Positions 8,697 to 20,902 of a stretch of 64,000 nucleotides of DNA are shown here, piece after piece. The translations under genes were made by a program, and so were the position numbers. Below the pieces are notes generated by a model, which did not search any database, was not told where the DNA came from, and saw only the letters and a list, made by a program, of their open reading frames with translations. The stretch comes from Sulfuritalea sp. Its GTDB lineage: Bacteria; Pseudomonadota; Gammaproteobacteria; Burkholderiales; Rhodocyclaceae. How positions within the stretch are numbered: the first letter of the stretch is position 1; every line of letters starts with the position of its first letter. Location of the stretch: contig JALNZB010000005.1 of NCBI GenBank assembly GCA_023229545.1, forward strand, positions 23,281 to 87,280, in the 5' to 3' direction.

Positions 8697-10097
8697 CTAA
8701 GGTGTTGTGGCGAGTTGCTGGTTCAACTGCTTCAGAGTGTCGTCCAGTTTTTCGGCCATTTCGGCCAGCAGATCACGGCCTTGTCGTCGGGCGTGGCGTG
8801 CGGCAATGAACAATTCATAGAGCTTCGAGCCAAAAAGATTCTGCAACTCACGGTCGATTTCGAGCAGCCGCGCCCTCATGCGCTCCACCTGTCGCAGAAG
8901 AGTCGGCGCTGGCGAGACGGCGAGGTTCTCCGCCGGCGAATCGCGGCGACCATCTTGTCCCTCCTGCCATAGCATCGCCACTTCATGCAAGCCGACTTCG
9001 TCGCCGGCGCGATAGGCGCGATTGGCTTCCGACATGAGGTGCGTGCGCCAGGCCCGGTCAGCATCGTCCATCGCGCGATCCGGGTGAATCTTCTGTGCGA
9101 TCTGGCGAAACAGGCGCTTTACGTCACTGCTCGGGCGAAAGGTCGCCGGCTCATCGCCGCTGGCCTGGGTGAAGCGTTCGCTTTCGCGTGTCGACTGCTC
9201 CGCCCTTTCCTGCTTCTCTTGCGCCTCGGCACGAACGCCGGGGTTCTCCGGGGTGCGTGCCGCCGCCTCGCGGGCAAGCCGGGCATGGAGGGCGTCGAGT
9301 TCGACCATGCGACGCCCCACCAACTCGTAATAGCGGCGCATGAAATTGGCTACTTCCCCCTGGGCCGTGGCCAGTTCAAGCTCCAGTTCCGCCACGTCCT
9401 GCGTCAGTTGGGCAAGTTCCATCTGCAGTTGCAGATCGGCATCGGCCACCGCGATTGATCTATGACGCGGCGAATCGGCACGTGCGCCCACATGCAGCAG
9501 GCTGCCGGGCGGTGCGACCAGTTCCGGCGGTGCGTCGCAACGGTAGAGCAATGTGATGTCGGAACTCTTCTGCTTCAGGCTGCGGTAGGCGGCAATCGGC
9601 AGGATGCGTGCGGGAAACAGCTCGGCGACCCGTTCCGGCCATTCGCTGCGATCATTGCGCGCAACCCATTGATGGGCCTCGTGCCAGAGCGCCTGGTTTT
9701 GCGCAATCCGCTCGCGTTGGCTTTGCCATGCGGCGACCTGCTCGTCCTCGCCATCGCGCGCGAGACGGCTTTTCATCAGGGAAAGTGTGGCGCGCAGGGC
9801 GATGCGAGCCGCAAAATCTGCCGCTGGGAGAACCAGGCAAAGCGGTCGAATGGCAAGATCGAGCGCGTTGGAAATCTCCGGCAGTTGCTGGTCGTCCGGC
9901 GCCAGGATAACCAGCGTCCGCCCCGCGGCCAGAGCGATCGCGGCGAATGCGGCAAGCACCGCCAAAGGGCGTTCCGGAACTGCTTCTTCGCGCGGCATGG
10001 CTGCCAGCGAGGATATGGCAAAGTGCGCAAACCACGCTGCTGCGACGACAGCGGGATCGACGGCGGATTTTGCGGTGGGCGAAGATGGCGAAACCAT
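8697..10097 (-). CDS. Coiled-coil / J-domain-like (HPD) protein with an uncharacterised N-terminal domain
   Basis: VKRLFRQIAQKIHPDRA..D...RTHLMSEANRAY (J-domain helix II-HPD-helix III pattern; HPD at 9078-9086), preceded by a long coiled coil. Confidence 0.7.
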   Translation of the reverse strand: MVSPSSPTAKSAVDPAVVAAAWFAHFAISSLAAMPREEAVPERPLAVLAAFAAIALAAGRTLVILAPDDQQLPEISNALDLAIRPLCLVLPAADFAARIALRATLSLMKSRLARDGEDEQVAAWQSQRERIAQNQALWHEAHQWVARNDRSEWPERVAELFPARILPIAAYRSLKQKSSDITLLYRCDAPPELVAPPGSLLHVGARADSPRHRSIAVADADLQLQMELAQLTQDVAELELELATAQGEVANFMRRYYELVGRRMVELDALHARLAREAAARTPENPGVRAEAQEKQERAEQSTRESERFTQASGDEPATFRPSSDVKRLFRQIAQKIHPDRAMDDADRAWRTHLMSEANRAYRAGDEVGLHEVAMLWQEGQDGRRDSPAENLAVSPAPTLLRQVERMRARLLEIDRELQNLFGSKLYELFIAARHARRQGRDLLAEMAEKLDDTLKQLNQQLATTP

Positions 10098-10253
10098 GAC
10101 GCCCCAAGTTTATACGGCCCCTGACAGGCCAAGGCGCTGGATGAAAGCTGGTTTCCGGTCCTGTTTCGGATTTCATCGGCACATCTGTTTGTATTGCCGA
10201 ATCGGGCGACTCGGGCTAAAGTTCGCGCTTTCCTGCTTACCGGAGTCCTCCCC

Positions 10254-10859
10254 GTGTTTTCCATCCTTCAGGCTGCCGGCTGGCCCATCTGGCCTCTGCT
10301 GTTTGCGTCCATAATTGCTGTAGCACTCATCATCGAGCGTGCGTCGGCCCTGCGCCGAATCAAGATCGTCCCCGCTGGGCTACTGCAAAGCGTGGTGGCC
10401 GACTATCGTCAAAGCGGAATATCGGATGCCCAGTTGGCGCGTCTCGAAACGCATTCGCCACTGGGCCGCGTCCTTGCCGCCGGCATGCGCAATGCCAAAG
10501 CTTCGCGCGAGATCATGAAAGAATCAATCGAAGAAGCTGGCCTTAGTGTCGCTCATGAGCTCGAACGCTTCCTTACCACGCTGGGCACCATCGCCACGAT
10601 CGCACCGCTGATGGGATTGTTCGGCACCGTGGTGGGCATGATCGAAATTTTCGGTTCTTCGACAGCCGCCGGCAACAATCCCCAAGCCCTGGCGCATGGC
10701 ATTTCCGTGGCGCTCTATAACACCGCTTTCGGATTGATAGTGGCCATTCCCAGCATGATCTTCTATCGCCACTTCCGTGCGCTGGTAGATGGCTTTCTGG
10801 TCGAGATGGAGCAGGAAGCGGTGAAGCTGGTCGAAATGATTCACGGCGAACGCAAGTAG
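10254..10859 (+). CDS. exbB: MotA/TolQ/ExbB proton channel family protein
   Basis: LGTIATIAPLMGLFGTVVGMI, GISVALYNTAFGLIVAIP; GTG start at 10254 chosen. Confidence 0.88.
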   Translation: MFSILQAAGWPIWPLLFASIIAVALIIERASALRRIKIVPAGLLQSVVADYRQSGISDAQLARLETHSPLGRVLAAGMRNAKASREIMKESIEEAGLSVAHELERFLTTLGTIATIAPLMGLFGTVVGMIEIFGSSTAAGNNPQALAHGISVALYNTAFGLIVAIPSMIFYRHFRALVDGFLVEMEQEAVKLVEMIHGERK

Positions 10860-10871
10860 GAATAGAACGCG

Positions 10872-11291
10872 ATGAACTTCCAGCGAGGACGGCAGCGCGA
10901 GGAACTGGAGATCAATCTGATTCCGATGATCGATGTGCTGTTGGTGATCCTGATTTTTCTCATGATTACCACCACCTATTCCAAGTTTTCCGGGCTGGAA
11001 ATCAACCTGCCCACTGCCGATGCCGTGCAGAACAAGGAGCAGCCGGACGAAATCAACGTGGTGGTTACCGCCGCCGGCGAGATCATGGTGAACAAGGCGG
11101 CGATAGGCGGTCGCGACATCGAGTCCATCGCTGCCGCCATGAGGCGCTCGACGGGCGCCGGCAAGGAACCGGTGGTCATCATCAACGCCGACGCCAAGGC
11201 CGCGCATCAGAGCGTCATCGATGTCATGCAGGCGGCCCAGCAGGCCGGGCTGTCGCACATTTCCTTTGCCACCCAGCAGGCGCAACGCTGA
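10872..11291 (+). CDS. exbD: Biopolymer transporter ExbD/TolR
   Basis: [36 protein letters not shown]. Confidence 0.9.
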   Translation: MNFQRGRQREELEINLIPMIDVLLVILIFLMITTTYSKFSGLEINLPTADAVQNKEQPDEINVVVTAAGEIMVNKAAIGGRDIESIAAAMRRSTGAGKEPVVIINADAKAAHQSVIDVMQAAQQAGLSHISFATQQAQR

Positions 11292-12294
11292 GCCTGGCGG
11301 TCTGACCGCCGTCTGGCGGCGGCGCGGGCCGGTGGCCTGTCTGCTGTTTCCCTTCTCGCTTGCGTTCATTTTGCTCGTGGCCTTGCGCCGAGCCTTGTAC
11401 CGTGCCGGGCTGTTGCGCCGCGAACGCCTGCCGGTACCCGTGGTGGTGGTTGGCAACATCACCGTCGGCGGTACCGGCAAGACCCCGCTGGTGATTCATC
11501 TGGCCCTGGCGCTACGCGCACTTGGACGACATCCAGGAATTGTCAGTCGCGGCTATCGCGGTAGCGCCGCACAAGTCGAGGAGGTGACACCCGTCAGCGA
11601 TCCGGGAGCTGCGGGTGACGAGCCTCTGCTGCTGGCCCGGCGTAGCGGCTGCCCGGTGTTTGTCGGTCGGGACCGGACGGCAGCGGGCCGCGCCCTGCTT
11701 GCGGCGCATCCGCAATGCGACGTGATTCTTGCCGATGACGGTTTGCAGCACTATCGGTTGGCACGCGATGTCGAGGTTGCCATGTTCGACGAGCGGGGAT
11801 TGATGAACGGCTGGTGCTTGCCTGCGGGGCCGCTGCGGGAGTCTGTCTCGCGTCTGGCGCAGGTGGATGCGGTGGTTCTCAACGGAAGCGCCGTGTCACC
11901 GGCGCCGACTTTTGAGCGCCCGGTATTCGGGATGCGTCTGCGGGGCGAGAGTTTTCATCGTCTCGATGATCCGCTGATGCAATGCCGCGCCGCCGATCTG
12001 GCGGGCAGGAAACTGCATGCCGTGGCCGGCATCGGTGCGCCGCAGCGCTTTTTCGATCAATTGAGCGAGATGGGAATGAGCTTCATTGAGCACGCCTTCG
12101 CCGATCACCATAGCTATAGCGCCGAGGAGCTCGCCTTTGTCGGCGACGCCATCCTGACGACGGAAAAGGATGCCGTAAAATTGACGCGACTTTCCTTGCC
12201 TCTGCCGGTATGGGTATTGCCCGTCACCGCCGAAGTAAGCCCCGACCTTGCCGCATTTGTTCTGGAGAAGCTCAATGGACACCCGCCTGCTTGA
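11221..12294 (+). CDS. lpxK: Tetraacyldisaccharide 4'-kinase (start uncertain, possibly near 11300)
   Basis: [49 protein letters not shown]. Confidence 0.93.
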   Translation: MSCRRPSRPGCRTFPLPPSRRNAEPGGLTAVWRRRGPVACLLFPFSLAFILLVALRRALYRAGLLRRERLPVPVVVVGNITVGGTGKTPLVIHLALALRALGRHPGIVSRGYRGSAAQVEEVTPVSDPGAAGDEPLLLARRSGCPVFVGRDRTAAGRALLAAHPQCDVILADDGLQHYRLARDVEVAMFDERGLMNGWCLPAGPLRESVSRLAQVDAVVLNGSAVSPAPTFERPVFGMRLRGESFHRLDDPLMQCRAADLAGRKLHAVAGIGAPQRFFDQLSEMGMSFIEHAFADHHSYSAEELAFVGDAILTTEKDAVKLTRLSLPLPVWVLPVTAEVSPDLAAFVLEKLNGHPPA

Positions 12295-12451
12295 AATACT
12301 CGTTTGTCCGGTCTGCAAGGGGCCGCTGGAAAACCGCAAGACGACCGCCGAACTGGTCTGCAAGGCCTGCAAGCTGGCGTATCCGGTCAAGGACGATATT
12401 CCGGTGATGCTGGAAGACGAGGCCCGGCAGCTGGGCGTCGAAGAAGTCTGA
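12275..12451 (+). CDS. Trm112 family protein (YcaR)
   Basis: [18 protein letters not shown]...[17 protein letters not shown]; lies between lpxK and kdsB. Confidence 0.92.
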   Translation: MDTRLLEILVCPVCKGPLENRKTTAELVCKACKLAYPVKDDIPVMLEDEARQLGVEEV

Positions 12452-13224
12452 TGGCTTTGCGCGTTGTCATCCCGGCGCGCTATGCCTCGACGCGCCTGCC
12501 GGGGAAACCGCTGGCCGATATCGGCGGACAGCCGATGATTGTGCGCGTGGCCGCTGCGGCCAAGCGCGCCCAGGTCGATGGCGTGTGGGTCGCCACCGAT
12601 GATGAGCGAATAGCCGCTGCGGTTCGCCAGCATGGCTTCGATGCGGTGATGACCAGCGCGGATCATGTCAGCGGCACCGACCGCATCGCTGAAGTTGCCG
12701 ACCAGATGAGGTGGGACGATGCCGACATCGTGGTCAATGTTCAGGGTGACGAGCCGCTGCTCGATCCCGCGTTGATACAGGACGTGGCCGGGGCGCTGCA
12801 CGGCGACCCCGATGCGGCGATGGCGACGGCGGCCCATCCCCTGACAACCGCCGCCGATTTCTTCAATCCCAACGTGGTCAAGGTGGTATGCGATGTGCGT
12901 GGCCGCGCCTTGTACTTCAGCCGTGCCCCAATTCCCTGGGATAGAGATCAGTTTGTCGTCGCGCGTGACACGCTGCCATCCGATCTCGCGGCACAGCGCC
13001 ACATAGGCATCTACGCCTATCGCGTAAGCTTCCTGCGTCGCTTTGGGCAACTGGCTGCCTGCCCCCTGGAGCGTATCGAGGCGCTGGAGCAACTGCGTGC
13101 GCTTTGGCACGGCTATCCGATTCAGGTCGTCAGCGTCGAGCATCCGCCCGCACCGGGAGTGGATACCCCCGAAGATCTGGAGCGCGTGCGTCGCCTGTTT
13201 GACGCCGACCGTGTTTCGGAGTAA
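12451..13224 (+). CDS. kdsB: 3-deoxy-manno-octulosonate cytidylyltransferase
   Basis: [57 protein letters not shown]. Confidence 0.96.
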   Translation: MALRVVIPARYASTRLPGKPLADIGGQPMIVRVAAAAKRAQVDGVWVATDDERIAAAVRQHGFDAVMTSADHVSGTDRIAEVADQMRWDDADIVVNVQGDEPLLDPALIQDVAGALHGDPDAAMATAAHPLTTAADFFNPNVVKVVCDVRGRALYFSRAPIPWDRDQFVVARDTLPSDLAAQRHIGIYAYRVSFLRRFGQLAACPLERIEALEQLRALWHGYPIQVVSVEHPPAPGVDTPEDLERVRRLFDADRVSE

Positions 13225-13273
13225 GTTTCGGCTGGCTTGAAAATAGAAAATCGCTGTTAAATCATAAAGATAA

Positions 13274-13948
<675 letters not shown>

Positions 13949-13993
13949 CCTGTTTCCGGGTCCGTTGCCGTAACACCGATAGCAGGAGTCTCC

Positions 13994-15103
13994 ATGTCCA
14001 GTCACATTCGACGCATCGCTGTCTGCACTGGGGGTGGAGACGCCCCGGGCCTCAACGCCGTCATACGGGCCGTGGTCATTGCCGCCGCCAATCGCGGCTG
14101 GGAATGCTACGGAATTCACGACGGCTTCAACGGCATACTTTTCCCGGAGCGCTATCCCGAGGGCGGTGTGTACCGCCTCACCAGGGAAAAGGTGCGAGGC
14201 ATCGGGCATCTGGGCGGCACGATTCTGGGCACCACCAACAAGGGCAATCCTTTGCATTTTCCGGTGAAGATGCCGGACGGGACAACCAGGGACATGGATC
14301 GTTCCGGCGAGATTCTGGAATATTTCGCCATGAAGGAACTCGATGCCCTGGTTTCCATCGGTGGCGACGGTTCGCTCACCATCGCCAATGCCCTGCATAA
14401 GAAGGGGCTGCGCGTGGTGGGGGTGCCCAAGACCATCGACAACGATCTCGACAAGACTTTCACCACGTTCGGCTTCGATACGGCTGTGGCATTTGCCACC
14501 GAGTGTCTGGATCGTCTGCACAGCACCGCCGAGAGTCATCAGCGGGTGATGGTGGTCGAGGTCATGGGGCGCTATGCAGGATGGATTGCGCTGCACGCGG
14601 GTATCTCCGGCAGCGCCCACGCCATCCTGATCCCGGAAATTCCCTTCGACGTGGACAAGGTCGCGGCAAAGATTCGCGCGCGGGATGGCGAGGGAAGGAT
14701 GTATTCGCTGGTGATAGTCGCCGAAGGCGCCGCGCCCATTCATTGTCACCGGGAAATTCTGGCGCCCGCCGAGATCGGCCATGCCGAGCGTCTGGGCGGT
14801 GTCGGCGAGCGAATCGCCAAGGCACTCGGAGAGCGGACCGGCAAGGATGTGCGGGTAGTCGTACTGGGGCATCTGCTGCGCGGCGGCAGCCCGACGTCGT
14901 TTGATCGTCTGGCGGCCATGCGTTTTGGCACCGCTGCGGTCAGAGCTCTGGATGAGGGACAATCCGGCGTCATGGTGGCGCTCGCCTTCCCCAACGTGAA
15001 CTACGTGGCTCTGGAGGAAGTGGCCGGTCGCATGAAGGGCGTACCACTTGACTGCGACACTCTTCAGACCGGTCGGGATATGGGGATCTGCTTCGGCGAT
15101 TGA
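13994..15103 (+). CDS. pfkA: 6-phosphofructokinase (PfkA family), GGDG motif, predicted ATP-type
   Basis: TGGGDAPGLN, GGDGS, PKTIDND, VEVMGRYAGWIA, LGHLLRGG. Confidence 0.85.
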   Translation: MSSHIRRIAVCTGGGDAPGLNAVIRAVVIAAANRGWECYGIHDGFNGILFPERYPEGGVYRLTREKVRGIGHLGGTILGTTNKGNPLHFPVKMPDGTTRDMDRSGEILEYFAMKELDALVSIGGDGSLTIANALHKKGLRVVGVPKTIDNDLDKTFTTFGFDTAVAFATECLDRLHSTAESHQRVMVVEVMGRYAGWIALHAGISGSAHAILIPEIPFDVDKVAAKIRARDGEGRMYSLVIVAEGAAPIHCHREILAPAEIGHAERLGGVGERIAKALGERTGKDVRVVVLGHLLRGGSPTSFDRLAAMRFGTAAVRALDEGQSGVMVALAFPNVNYVALEEVAGRMKGVPLDCDTLQTGRDMGICFGD

Positions 15104-15157
15104 TCTGCGCGAGTTGGCGCGCGGCTCACCCGTGTGCTCGTGTCTGAGTAGCCCCGT

Positions 15158-16378
15158 CTATTTGGCCGGATTCAGTATTTTGTCGACCTTGTTCAGCCGC
15201 AAGCGGTAAGCGTCCGCAAGGCCGGAACCCAGCAACGGACGCAGATACATCCGAAACGCGTCGGTGACGTCGGTGCCGCTGGCAGCGATAAATTCATCTT
15301 CCATGACGCGCGTTTTGCCGGCCACGGATTCCAGCGGAATCAAGTGATAATCGACTGAGTAAAAGCCGGTTCGCTTGATCGCGACGGAACCGTCGCGATC
15401 ACCCCACATGGCATATTGCACGGCCTTTTCGCCAACCTCTCGGGCTTCGCGTTGATCGACATCCGAAACGCAGCCCATGAATGAACGTTGCAGATAGCCG
15501 AAAGTGTCACCACGCACGCGCTTGATGCCCAGCTTGCTTTTGATCTCGTTGCATAGCAGGTCGGCCAGGGCGCCGGTACCGGAGAGCTGAATGTTGCCAT
15601 GCGCATCGCGCTCAATCTGACTCGTCATCTGAGTGACGATGGGGGTGCCTCGGCTGTCATGAATGCCTTCCGAAGCCGCGATAACGCAGCGACCATACCT
15701 GTCGTAGCTAGCCTTGACGTCCGCCAGAAAATTATCGATGCTGAATGTGCGTTCCGGAACGTAGATCAGGTGCGGGCCATCGTCGGGGAATTTCTTTCCC
15801 AGCGCCGAGGCTGCGGTCAGAAATCCGGCATGGCGACCCATTACCACGCCCAGATAAACGCCCGGTAGAGCGGCATTGTCCAGATTGGCCCCCATGAAGG
15901 CCTGGGCGACAAAACGGGCAGCGGAGGGGAATCCGGGTGTGTGGTCGTTGCCGACCAGATCATTGTCAATGGTCTTCGGAATGTGGATGCAGCGCAAGGG
16001 ATAGTCGGCACGACGCGCTTCTTCGCTGACAATCCGCACTGTATCGGAGGAATCATTGCCGCCGATATAGAAGAAGTAGCCGACGCCGTGCGCCTTGAGA
16101 ACCTTGAATATCTCTTGGCAATATTTTAGATCGGGCTTGTCGCGTGTCGAGCCGAGCGCGGAGGAGGGCGTGCTGGCTACCATTTCAATGTTGTGGCTGG
16201 TCTCCTGAGTAAGGTCGAGGAACTCTTCGTCGACGATGCCGGATACGCCGTGGTAGGCACCATAGACCAATTCGACATTGCGGAACTTGCGGGCTTCGAG
16301 GACTACGCCGGCCATTGACTGGTTGATGACGGCAGTCGGGCCTCCGCCCTGAGCGACTAATACCTTCCCGCGCGGCAT
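15158..16378 (-). CDS. pfp: 6-phosphofructokinase, GGND motif, predicted pyrophosphate-dependent
   Basis: AQGGGPTAVINQS, GGNDS, PKTIDND, VMGRHAGFL, GDTFGYLQRS; start taken as ATG 16378. Confidence 0.8.
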   Translation of the reverse strand: MPRGKVLVAQGGGPTAVINQSMAGVVLEARKFRNVELVYGAYHGVSGIVDEEFLDLTQETSHNIEMVASTPSSALGSTRDKPDLKYCQEIFKVLKAHGVGYFFYIGGNDSSDTVRIVSEEARRADYPLRCIHIPKTIDNDLVGNDHTPGFPSAARFVAQAFMGANLDNAALPGVYLGVVMGRHAGFLTAASALGKKFPDDGPHLIYVPERTFSIDNFLADVKASYDRYGRCVIAASEGIHDSRGTPIVTQMTSQIERDAHGNIQLSGTGALADLLCNEIKSKLGIKRVRGDTFGYLQRSFMGCVSDVDQREAREVGEKAVQYAMWGDRDGSVAIKRTGFYSVDYHLIPLESVAGKTRVMEDEFIAASGTDVTDAFRMYLRPLLGSGLADAYRLRLNKVDKILNPAK

Positions 16379-16756
16379 GATCCGGCGTTCCATTCGGGTG
16401 ACTAGATTGGATTGATGATCGGGCATGTAAGTAAATCCGTCTTCAGTATTTAGCCTGGCAGGCGACGAAACTGCAATTCAGCAGTCACTTTCGGCGTCTA
16501 CTATATCCGGCATTCTGCGGCCTGGGATGCATCAGCCGGATATTGGGTGTTGGCGGTTGAGTTTGCAGTTGTAGGTGGCGGCAGGCTGGCCCACGTGGTA
16601 CTAAAGTCAGTATCCTGGAACCGCCGAAGAGGATGAGTGGCTTGAATTGAAGCGATTGATGAAACGATAAATGTTGCCGTCCATGCGGAAAACTCGCTTG
16701 GACGGCGTGATAACATTCCGCGTCGATTTCATTAATAATTATGGGAGACTTGTGTT

Positions 16757-18853
16757 ATGTCATCAGGATTGATGTTCGCGTTGATCTGTGCCGTGGCGGC
16801 AATCGCTTACGGTTGGATCATGAGCCAGTGGATTCTGGCGCAACCGGCGGGTAACGACCGCATGAAGGAAATTTCCGCAGCGATTCAGGAAGGTGCTCAA
16901 GCTTATCTGAATCGTCAATACACCACGATCAGCGTTGTCGGTGTCGTGCTTGTCGTGTTGATATGGATATTTCTCGGGAGTCCCACCGCCATCGGCTTCA
17001 TCCTCGGCGCCGTTCTGTCTGGTGCTGCTGGTTACGTCGGCATGAATGTTTCGGTGCGCGCCAACGTGCGTACCGCCGAAGCGGCGCGTGTCGGCCTCAA
17101 TGAGGCGCTCAATGTCGCCTTCAAGGGCGGCGCCATCACCGGCATGCTGGTGGTTGGCCTCGGTCTGCTGGGTGTTGCCGGCTACTACGCCTATCTGACA
17201 AGCGCCGCTGCGCCGGGCACCAGCATAGACCACATCATCCACCCGTTGATTGGCCTTGGTTTCGGTTCCTCCCTGATTTCGATCTTCGCCCGTCTGGGCG
17301 GCGGCATCTTCACCAAGGGCGCCGACGTTGGCGCCGACCTGGTAGGCAAGGTGGAAGCCGGCATTCCCGAGGATGACCCGCGCAACCCGGCCGTGATCGC
17401 CGACAACGTTGGTGACAACGTCGGTGACTGTGCCGGCATGGCGGCCGACTTGTTCGAGACCTACGCGGTCACCATGATCGCCACGATGCTGCTGGGCGCT
17501 CTGTTGCTCAAGGGTTTTGCCGAGCAGGCCGTGCTCTATCCGCTGGTGCTGGGCGGCTTCTCGATCATCGCCTCGATCATCGGCGTGTTCTTCGTCAAGG
17601 CTTCGCCCGGGCAGAAGATCATGACCGCGCTGTACAAGGGTCTGATCGCCGCCGGCGTACTGGCGCTGATCGCCTTCTACCCGATCACCATGAACTTCAT
17701 CGACGACCACGCACTTGACGCCGTGATGGGCATCAGTGGCGGCGCACACATGCGCCTCTACAGCGCGGCTGTGATTGGTCTGGTGCTCACCGGCCTGATG
17801 GTAGTGATTACCGAGTACTACACCGCGACCGAGTATGCGCCGGTGCGCCACATCGCTCAGGCCTCGACCACGGGTCACGGTACCAACGTGATCGCCGGTA
17901 TCGGCGTGTCGATGAAATCCACCGCGCTGCCGGTGCTGTCGGTGTGCGCCGCCATATGGGCGTCCTACATGCTCGGTGGCCTCTACGGCATCGCCATCGC
18001 GGCGACTTCCATGCTGTCGATGGCCGGCATCATCGTTGCGCTCGACGCCTACGGCCCGATCACCGATAACGCCGGCGGTATCGCCGAGATGGCCGAACTG
18101 CCGGATTCCGTGCGTGCCGTGACCGATCCGCTCGACGCTGTTGGCAACACCACCAAGGCGGTGACCAAGGGCTACGCCATCGGCTCCGCCGGTCTCGCCG
18201 CGCTGGTGCTGTTCGCCGACTTCACGCATGGTCTGGAAGCCTTCAGGCCGGGTGTCAAGTTCCTCTTCGACCTGTCCGACCCGGCCGTGATCATCGGCCT
18301 GTTCGTCGGCGGCATGGTGCCGTATCTGTTCGCCGCCATGGGCATGGAAGCCGTCGGTCGCGCTGCTGGCGCCATCGTTGTCGAGGTGCGCCGTCAGTTC
18401 CGCGAGATCAAGGGCATCATGGAAGGCACGGCCAAGCCGGAGTATGGCACCTGCGTCGATATGCTGACCAAGGCCGCGATCAAGGAAATGATGATTCCCT
18501 CGTTGCTGCCCGTGCTGGTTCCGGTCGTTGTCGCGGTCGCCATGAATTTCCTCATGCCCTCGGTGGCCGGCGTCGGTGCTGGTGTCCGGGCTCTCGGCGG
18601 CGTGCTGATGGGCACCATCGTCACCGGCCTCTTCGTCGCCATCTCGATGACGACCGGCGGTGGTGCGTGGGACAACGCCAAGAAGTACATCGAGGAAGGT
18701 AACTTCGGTGGCAAGGGTTCCGACGCGCACAAGGCGGCGGTTACCGGCGACACCGTGGGCGACCCGTACAAGGATACGGCTGGCCCGGCGGTGAATCCGC
18801 TGATCAAGATCATCAACATCGTTGCTTTGATGATCCTGCCGCTGGTTGCTTGA
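16757..18853 (+). CDS. hppA: Membrane H+-translocating pyrophosphatase, K+-independent type
   Basis: [42 protein letters not shown] (Lys determinant), [14 protein letters not shown]. Confidence 0.95.
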   Translation: MSSGLMFALICAVAAIAYGWIMSQWILAQPAGNDRMKEISAAIQEGAQAYLNRQYTTISVVGVVLVVLIWIFLGSPTAIGFILGAVLSGAAGYVGMNVSVRANVRTAEAARVGLNEALNVAFKGGAITGMLVVGLGLLGVAGYYAYLTSAAAPGTSIDHIIHPLIGLGFGSSLISIFARLGGGIFTKGADVGADLVGKVEAGIPEDDPRNPAVIADNVGDNVGDCAGMAADLFETYAVTMIATMLLGALLLKGFAEQAVLYPLVLGGFSIIASIIGVFFVKASPGQKIMTALYKGLIAAGVLALIAFYPITMNFIDDHALDAVMGISGGAHMRLYSAAVIGLVLTGLMVVITEYYTATEYAPVRHIAQASTTGHGTNVIAGIGVSMKSTALPVLSVCAAIWASYMLGGLYGIAIAATSMLSMAGIIVALDAYGPITDNAGGIAEMAELPDSVRAVTDPLDAVGNTTKAVTKGYAIGSAGLAALVLFADFTHGLEAFRPGVKFLFDLSDPAVIIGLFVGGMVPYLFAAMGMEAVGRAAGAIVVEVRRQFREIKGIMEGTAKPEYGTCVDMLTKAAIKEMMIPSLLPVLVPVVVAVAMNFLMPSVAGVGAGVRALGGVLMGTIVTGLFVAISMTTGGGAWDNAKKYIEEGNFGGKGSDAHKAAVTGDTVGDPYKDTAGPAVNPLIKIINIVALMILPLVA

Positions 18854-18875
18854 TTCTTCTTCAAGCGATTCAGCG

Positions 18876-18905
18876 AACGGGCAGCCTGCGGGCTGCCCGT
18901 TTTTA
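18876..18905 (+). terminator. Rho-independent terminator
   Basis: AACGGGCAGCC-TGCG-GGCTGCCCGTT followed by a T-run. Confidence 0.8.
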
Positions 18906-18943
18906 TTTTGGTGCGCCCGGCAGGGCGCTTTGACTGAATCCGA

Positions 18944-20479
18944 TCAGGCGGCTCTGCGGCGAAAGTCCCTCAGCCGGAAACCGAGCAGCCAAAGCGTAGC
19001 GAAGTAGATTGCCAGTCCGCCGAGAACCAAGGCGGACAGCCGCAGCACGCGCTGGCTGCCGTTCATCACCATCCATGCGGCATCCTTGCCGCTGGCAAGC
19101 CACAGCACGCCGCCCAGGGCGATCAGCGCGGCCAGCAGCTTCAGCACGAACACCCCCCAACCCGGTCGCGGCTGGTAGGCCCCACACTGCCGCAAACCGC
19201 GCCAAAGCAGTCCCGCGTTAAGGCAGGAGGCCAAGCCGATGGACAGGGCCAGTCCGGCATGCTTGAGCCAGCCTATGAAGGCGATGTTCATCATCTGCGT
19301 CAGTGCCAGCGTGATCAGTGCGATACGCACCGGTGTGCGAATGTCCTGTCGGGCGTAGAAGCCTGGCGCCAGCACTTTGACCAGAATCAGGCCGGTCAGG
19401 CCTAGCGAGTAGGCGACCAGTGCCTCGCGGGTGCGCAGCACGTCGGCGGCGGCAAAAGCGCCGTACTGAAACATCGTAGATAGCAGAGGGATCGCCAGCA
19501 TCGCCAGTGCCAGTGACGCAGGCAGGGTCAGCATCAAGGTCAGGCGCAAGCCCCAGTCGAGCAATGCCGAGAAGTCCTCTGTTTTGCCGCTGGCATGTGT
19601 CTTGGCCAGGCTCGGCAACAGAATGGTGCCGAGCGCCGCCCCAAGCAACCCAGCGGGGAACTCCATCAGCCGATCCGCATAGTAGAGCCACGAGACGCTG
19701 CCGCTTTCGAGGAACGAGGCGAAGATGGTGTTGATCAACAGGCTGATCTGTGACACGGAAACGCCCAACACGGCCGGCGCCATCAGTTTGAGGATGCGCT
19801 GCACGCCCTCATCGCGCCAGACCGGATCAAAGCGAGGCAGCATGCCGATCTTTGCCAAGGCCGGGAGTTGGATTCCCAATTGCAGTGCACCACCCAGAAA
19901 AACCGCCCAGGCCAGCGCCAGTACCGGCGGATCAAACCAGGGCGCAGCGAGAAGTGCCATGCCGATGAAGGATAGATTCAGCAGCACCGGTGTGAAGGCG
20001 GGCAAGGCAAATCGACTCCACGTGTTAAGTATCCCGGCGGCCAGCGCCACCAGCGACATGAACAGGATGTAGGGGAAGGTAATTCGCGTCAGCTCGACGG
20101 TGAGCTGGAACTTCTCCGCATCGGCGCTGAAACCTGGAGCCGTTACAGCGATCAGCACCGGGGCCGCAGCCATGCCGAGTGCGGTGACGGCGATCAGGAT
20201 CAGGAACAGCATGCTGGCGACTCGGTCGACCAGACTCTTTGTTTCGCTCTCGTCGCGACTACTACGGTATTCGGCGAGGATGGGAACGAATGCTTGGGAA
20301 AACGCACCTTCGGCAAACAGACGGCGCAACAGGTTGGGCAGGCGGAAAGCAACAAAGAAGGCGTCCGTCATCATGCCGGCACCGAAGCTTCTGGCAATGA
20401 CGAAGTCGCGAACAAAACCCAAAATGCGCGACAGCAAGGTCATCCCACTGACGGTGGCCAAAGTACGAAGCAGATTCAT
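18944..20479 (-). CDS. murJ: Lipid II flippase MurJ (MviN)
   Basis: [63 protein letters not shown]. Confidence 0.96.
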   Translation of the reverse strand: MNLLRTLATVSGMTLLSRILGFVRDFVIARSFGAGMMTDAFFVAFRLPNLLRRLFAEGAFSQAFVPILAEYRSSRDESETKSLVDRVASMLFLILIAVTALGMAAAPVLIAVTAPGFSADAEKFQLTVELTRITFPYILFMSLVALAAGILNTWSRFALPAFTPVLLNLSFIGMALLAAPWFDPPVLALAWAVFLGGALQLGIQLPALAKIGMLPRFDPVWRDEGVQRILKLMAPAVLGVSVSQISLLINTIFASFLESGSVSWLYYADRLMEFPAGLLGAALGTILLPSLAKTHASGKTEDFSALLDWGLRLTLMLTLPASLALAMLAIPLLSTMFQYGAFAAADVLRTREALVAYSLGLTGLILVKVLAPGFYARQDIRTPVRIALITLALTQMMNIAFIGWLKHAGLALSIGLASCLNAGLLWRGLRQCGAYQPRPGWGVFVLKLLAALIALGGVLWLASGKDAAWMVMNGSQRVLRLSALVLGGLAIYFATLWLLGFRLRDFRRRAA

Positions 20480-20518
20480 GGCCGGTATGGTATCCGGGAT
20501 GCGGCTGACAGAAGCAGC

Positions 20519-20547
20519 TTGCAATGGCCGGAAGACCCCCCTATAAT
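20519..20547 (+). promoter_or_regulatory. sigma70 promoter of rpsT
   Basis: TTGCAA-N17-TATAAT. Confidence 0.7.
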
Positions 20548-20580
20548 TGCTCGCTTTCCCAAGTTCTACCGGATATCGAT

Positions 20581-20841
20581 ATGGCCAATTCCGTTCAAGC
20601 CCGCAAACGCGCCCGTCAAGCAGTCGAACAGCGTGCTCACAATATGAGTCAGCGTTCCGCATTGCGTACTGCAATCAAGAAGGTACGCAAGGCGATTGAT
20701 GCTGGCGACAAGGTGGCCGCGCAGGCAGTGTTCAACGAGTCGCAGAGTGTAATCGACTCGATCGCTGACAAGAACATCGTGCACAAGAATCTCGCAGCGC
20801 GTCAGAAGAGCCGCCTTTCGGCTGCCATCAAGGGACTTTAA
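20581..20841 (+). CDS. rpsT: 30S ribosomal protein S20
   Basis: [14 protein letters not shown]...[14 protein letters not shown]...HKN.AAR.KSRL; divergent from murJ. Confidence 0.95.
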   Translation: MANSVQARKRARQAVEQRAHNMSQRSALRTAIKKVRKAIDAGDKVAAQAVFNESQSVIDSIADKNIVHKNLAARQKSRLSAAIKGL

Positions 20842-20864
20842 GCTCATGTAGCATCAGGCGCTCC

Positions 20865-20902
20865 AAAAAAAGCTGCCTCCGTTAGGGGTGCAGCTTTTTT
20901 TT
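20865..20902. terminator. Probably bidirectional terminator
   Basis: A-run-AGCTGC...GCAGCT-T-run. Confidence 0.7.

Noticed and set aside
16503-16543. ATATCCGGC...GCCGGATAT inverted repeat in the pfp-hppA gap as a small RNA or riboswitch
   Set aside because: A single 9-bp stem, no recognisable aptamer and no second copy seen.
16763-18730. 655-aa minus-strand ORF
   Set aside because: Mirror frame of hppA.
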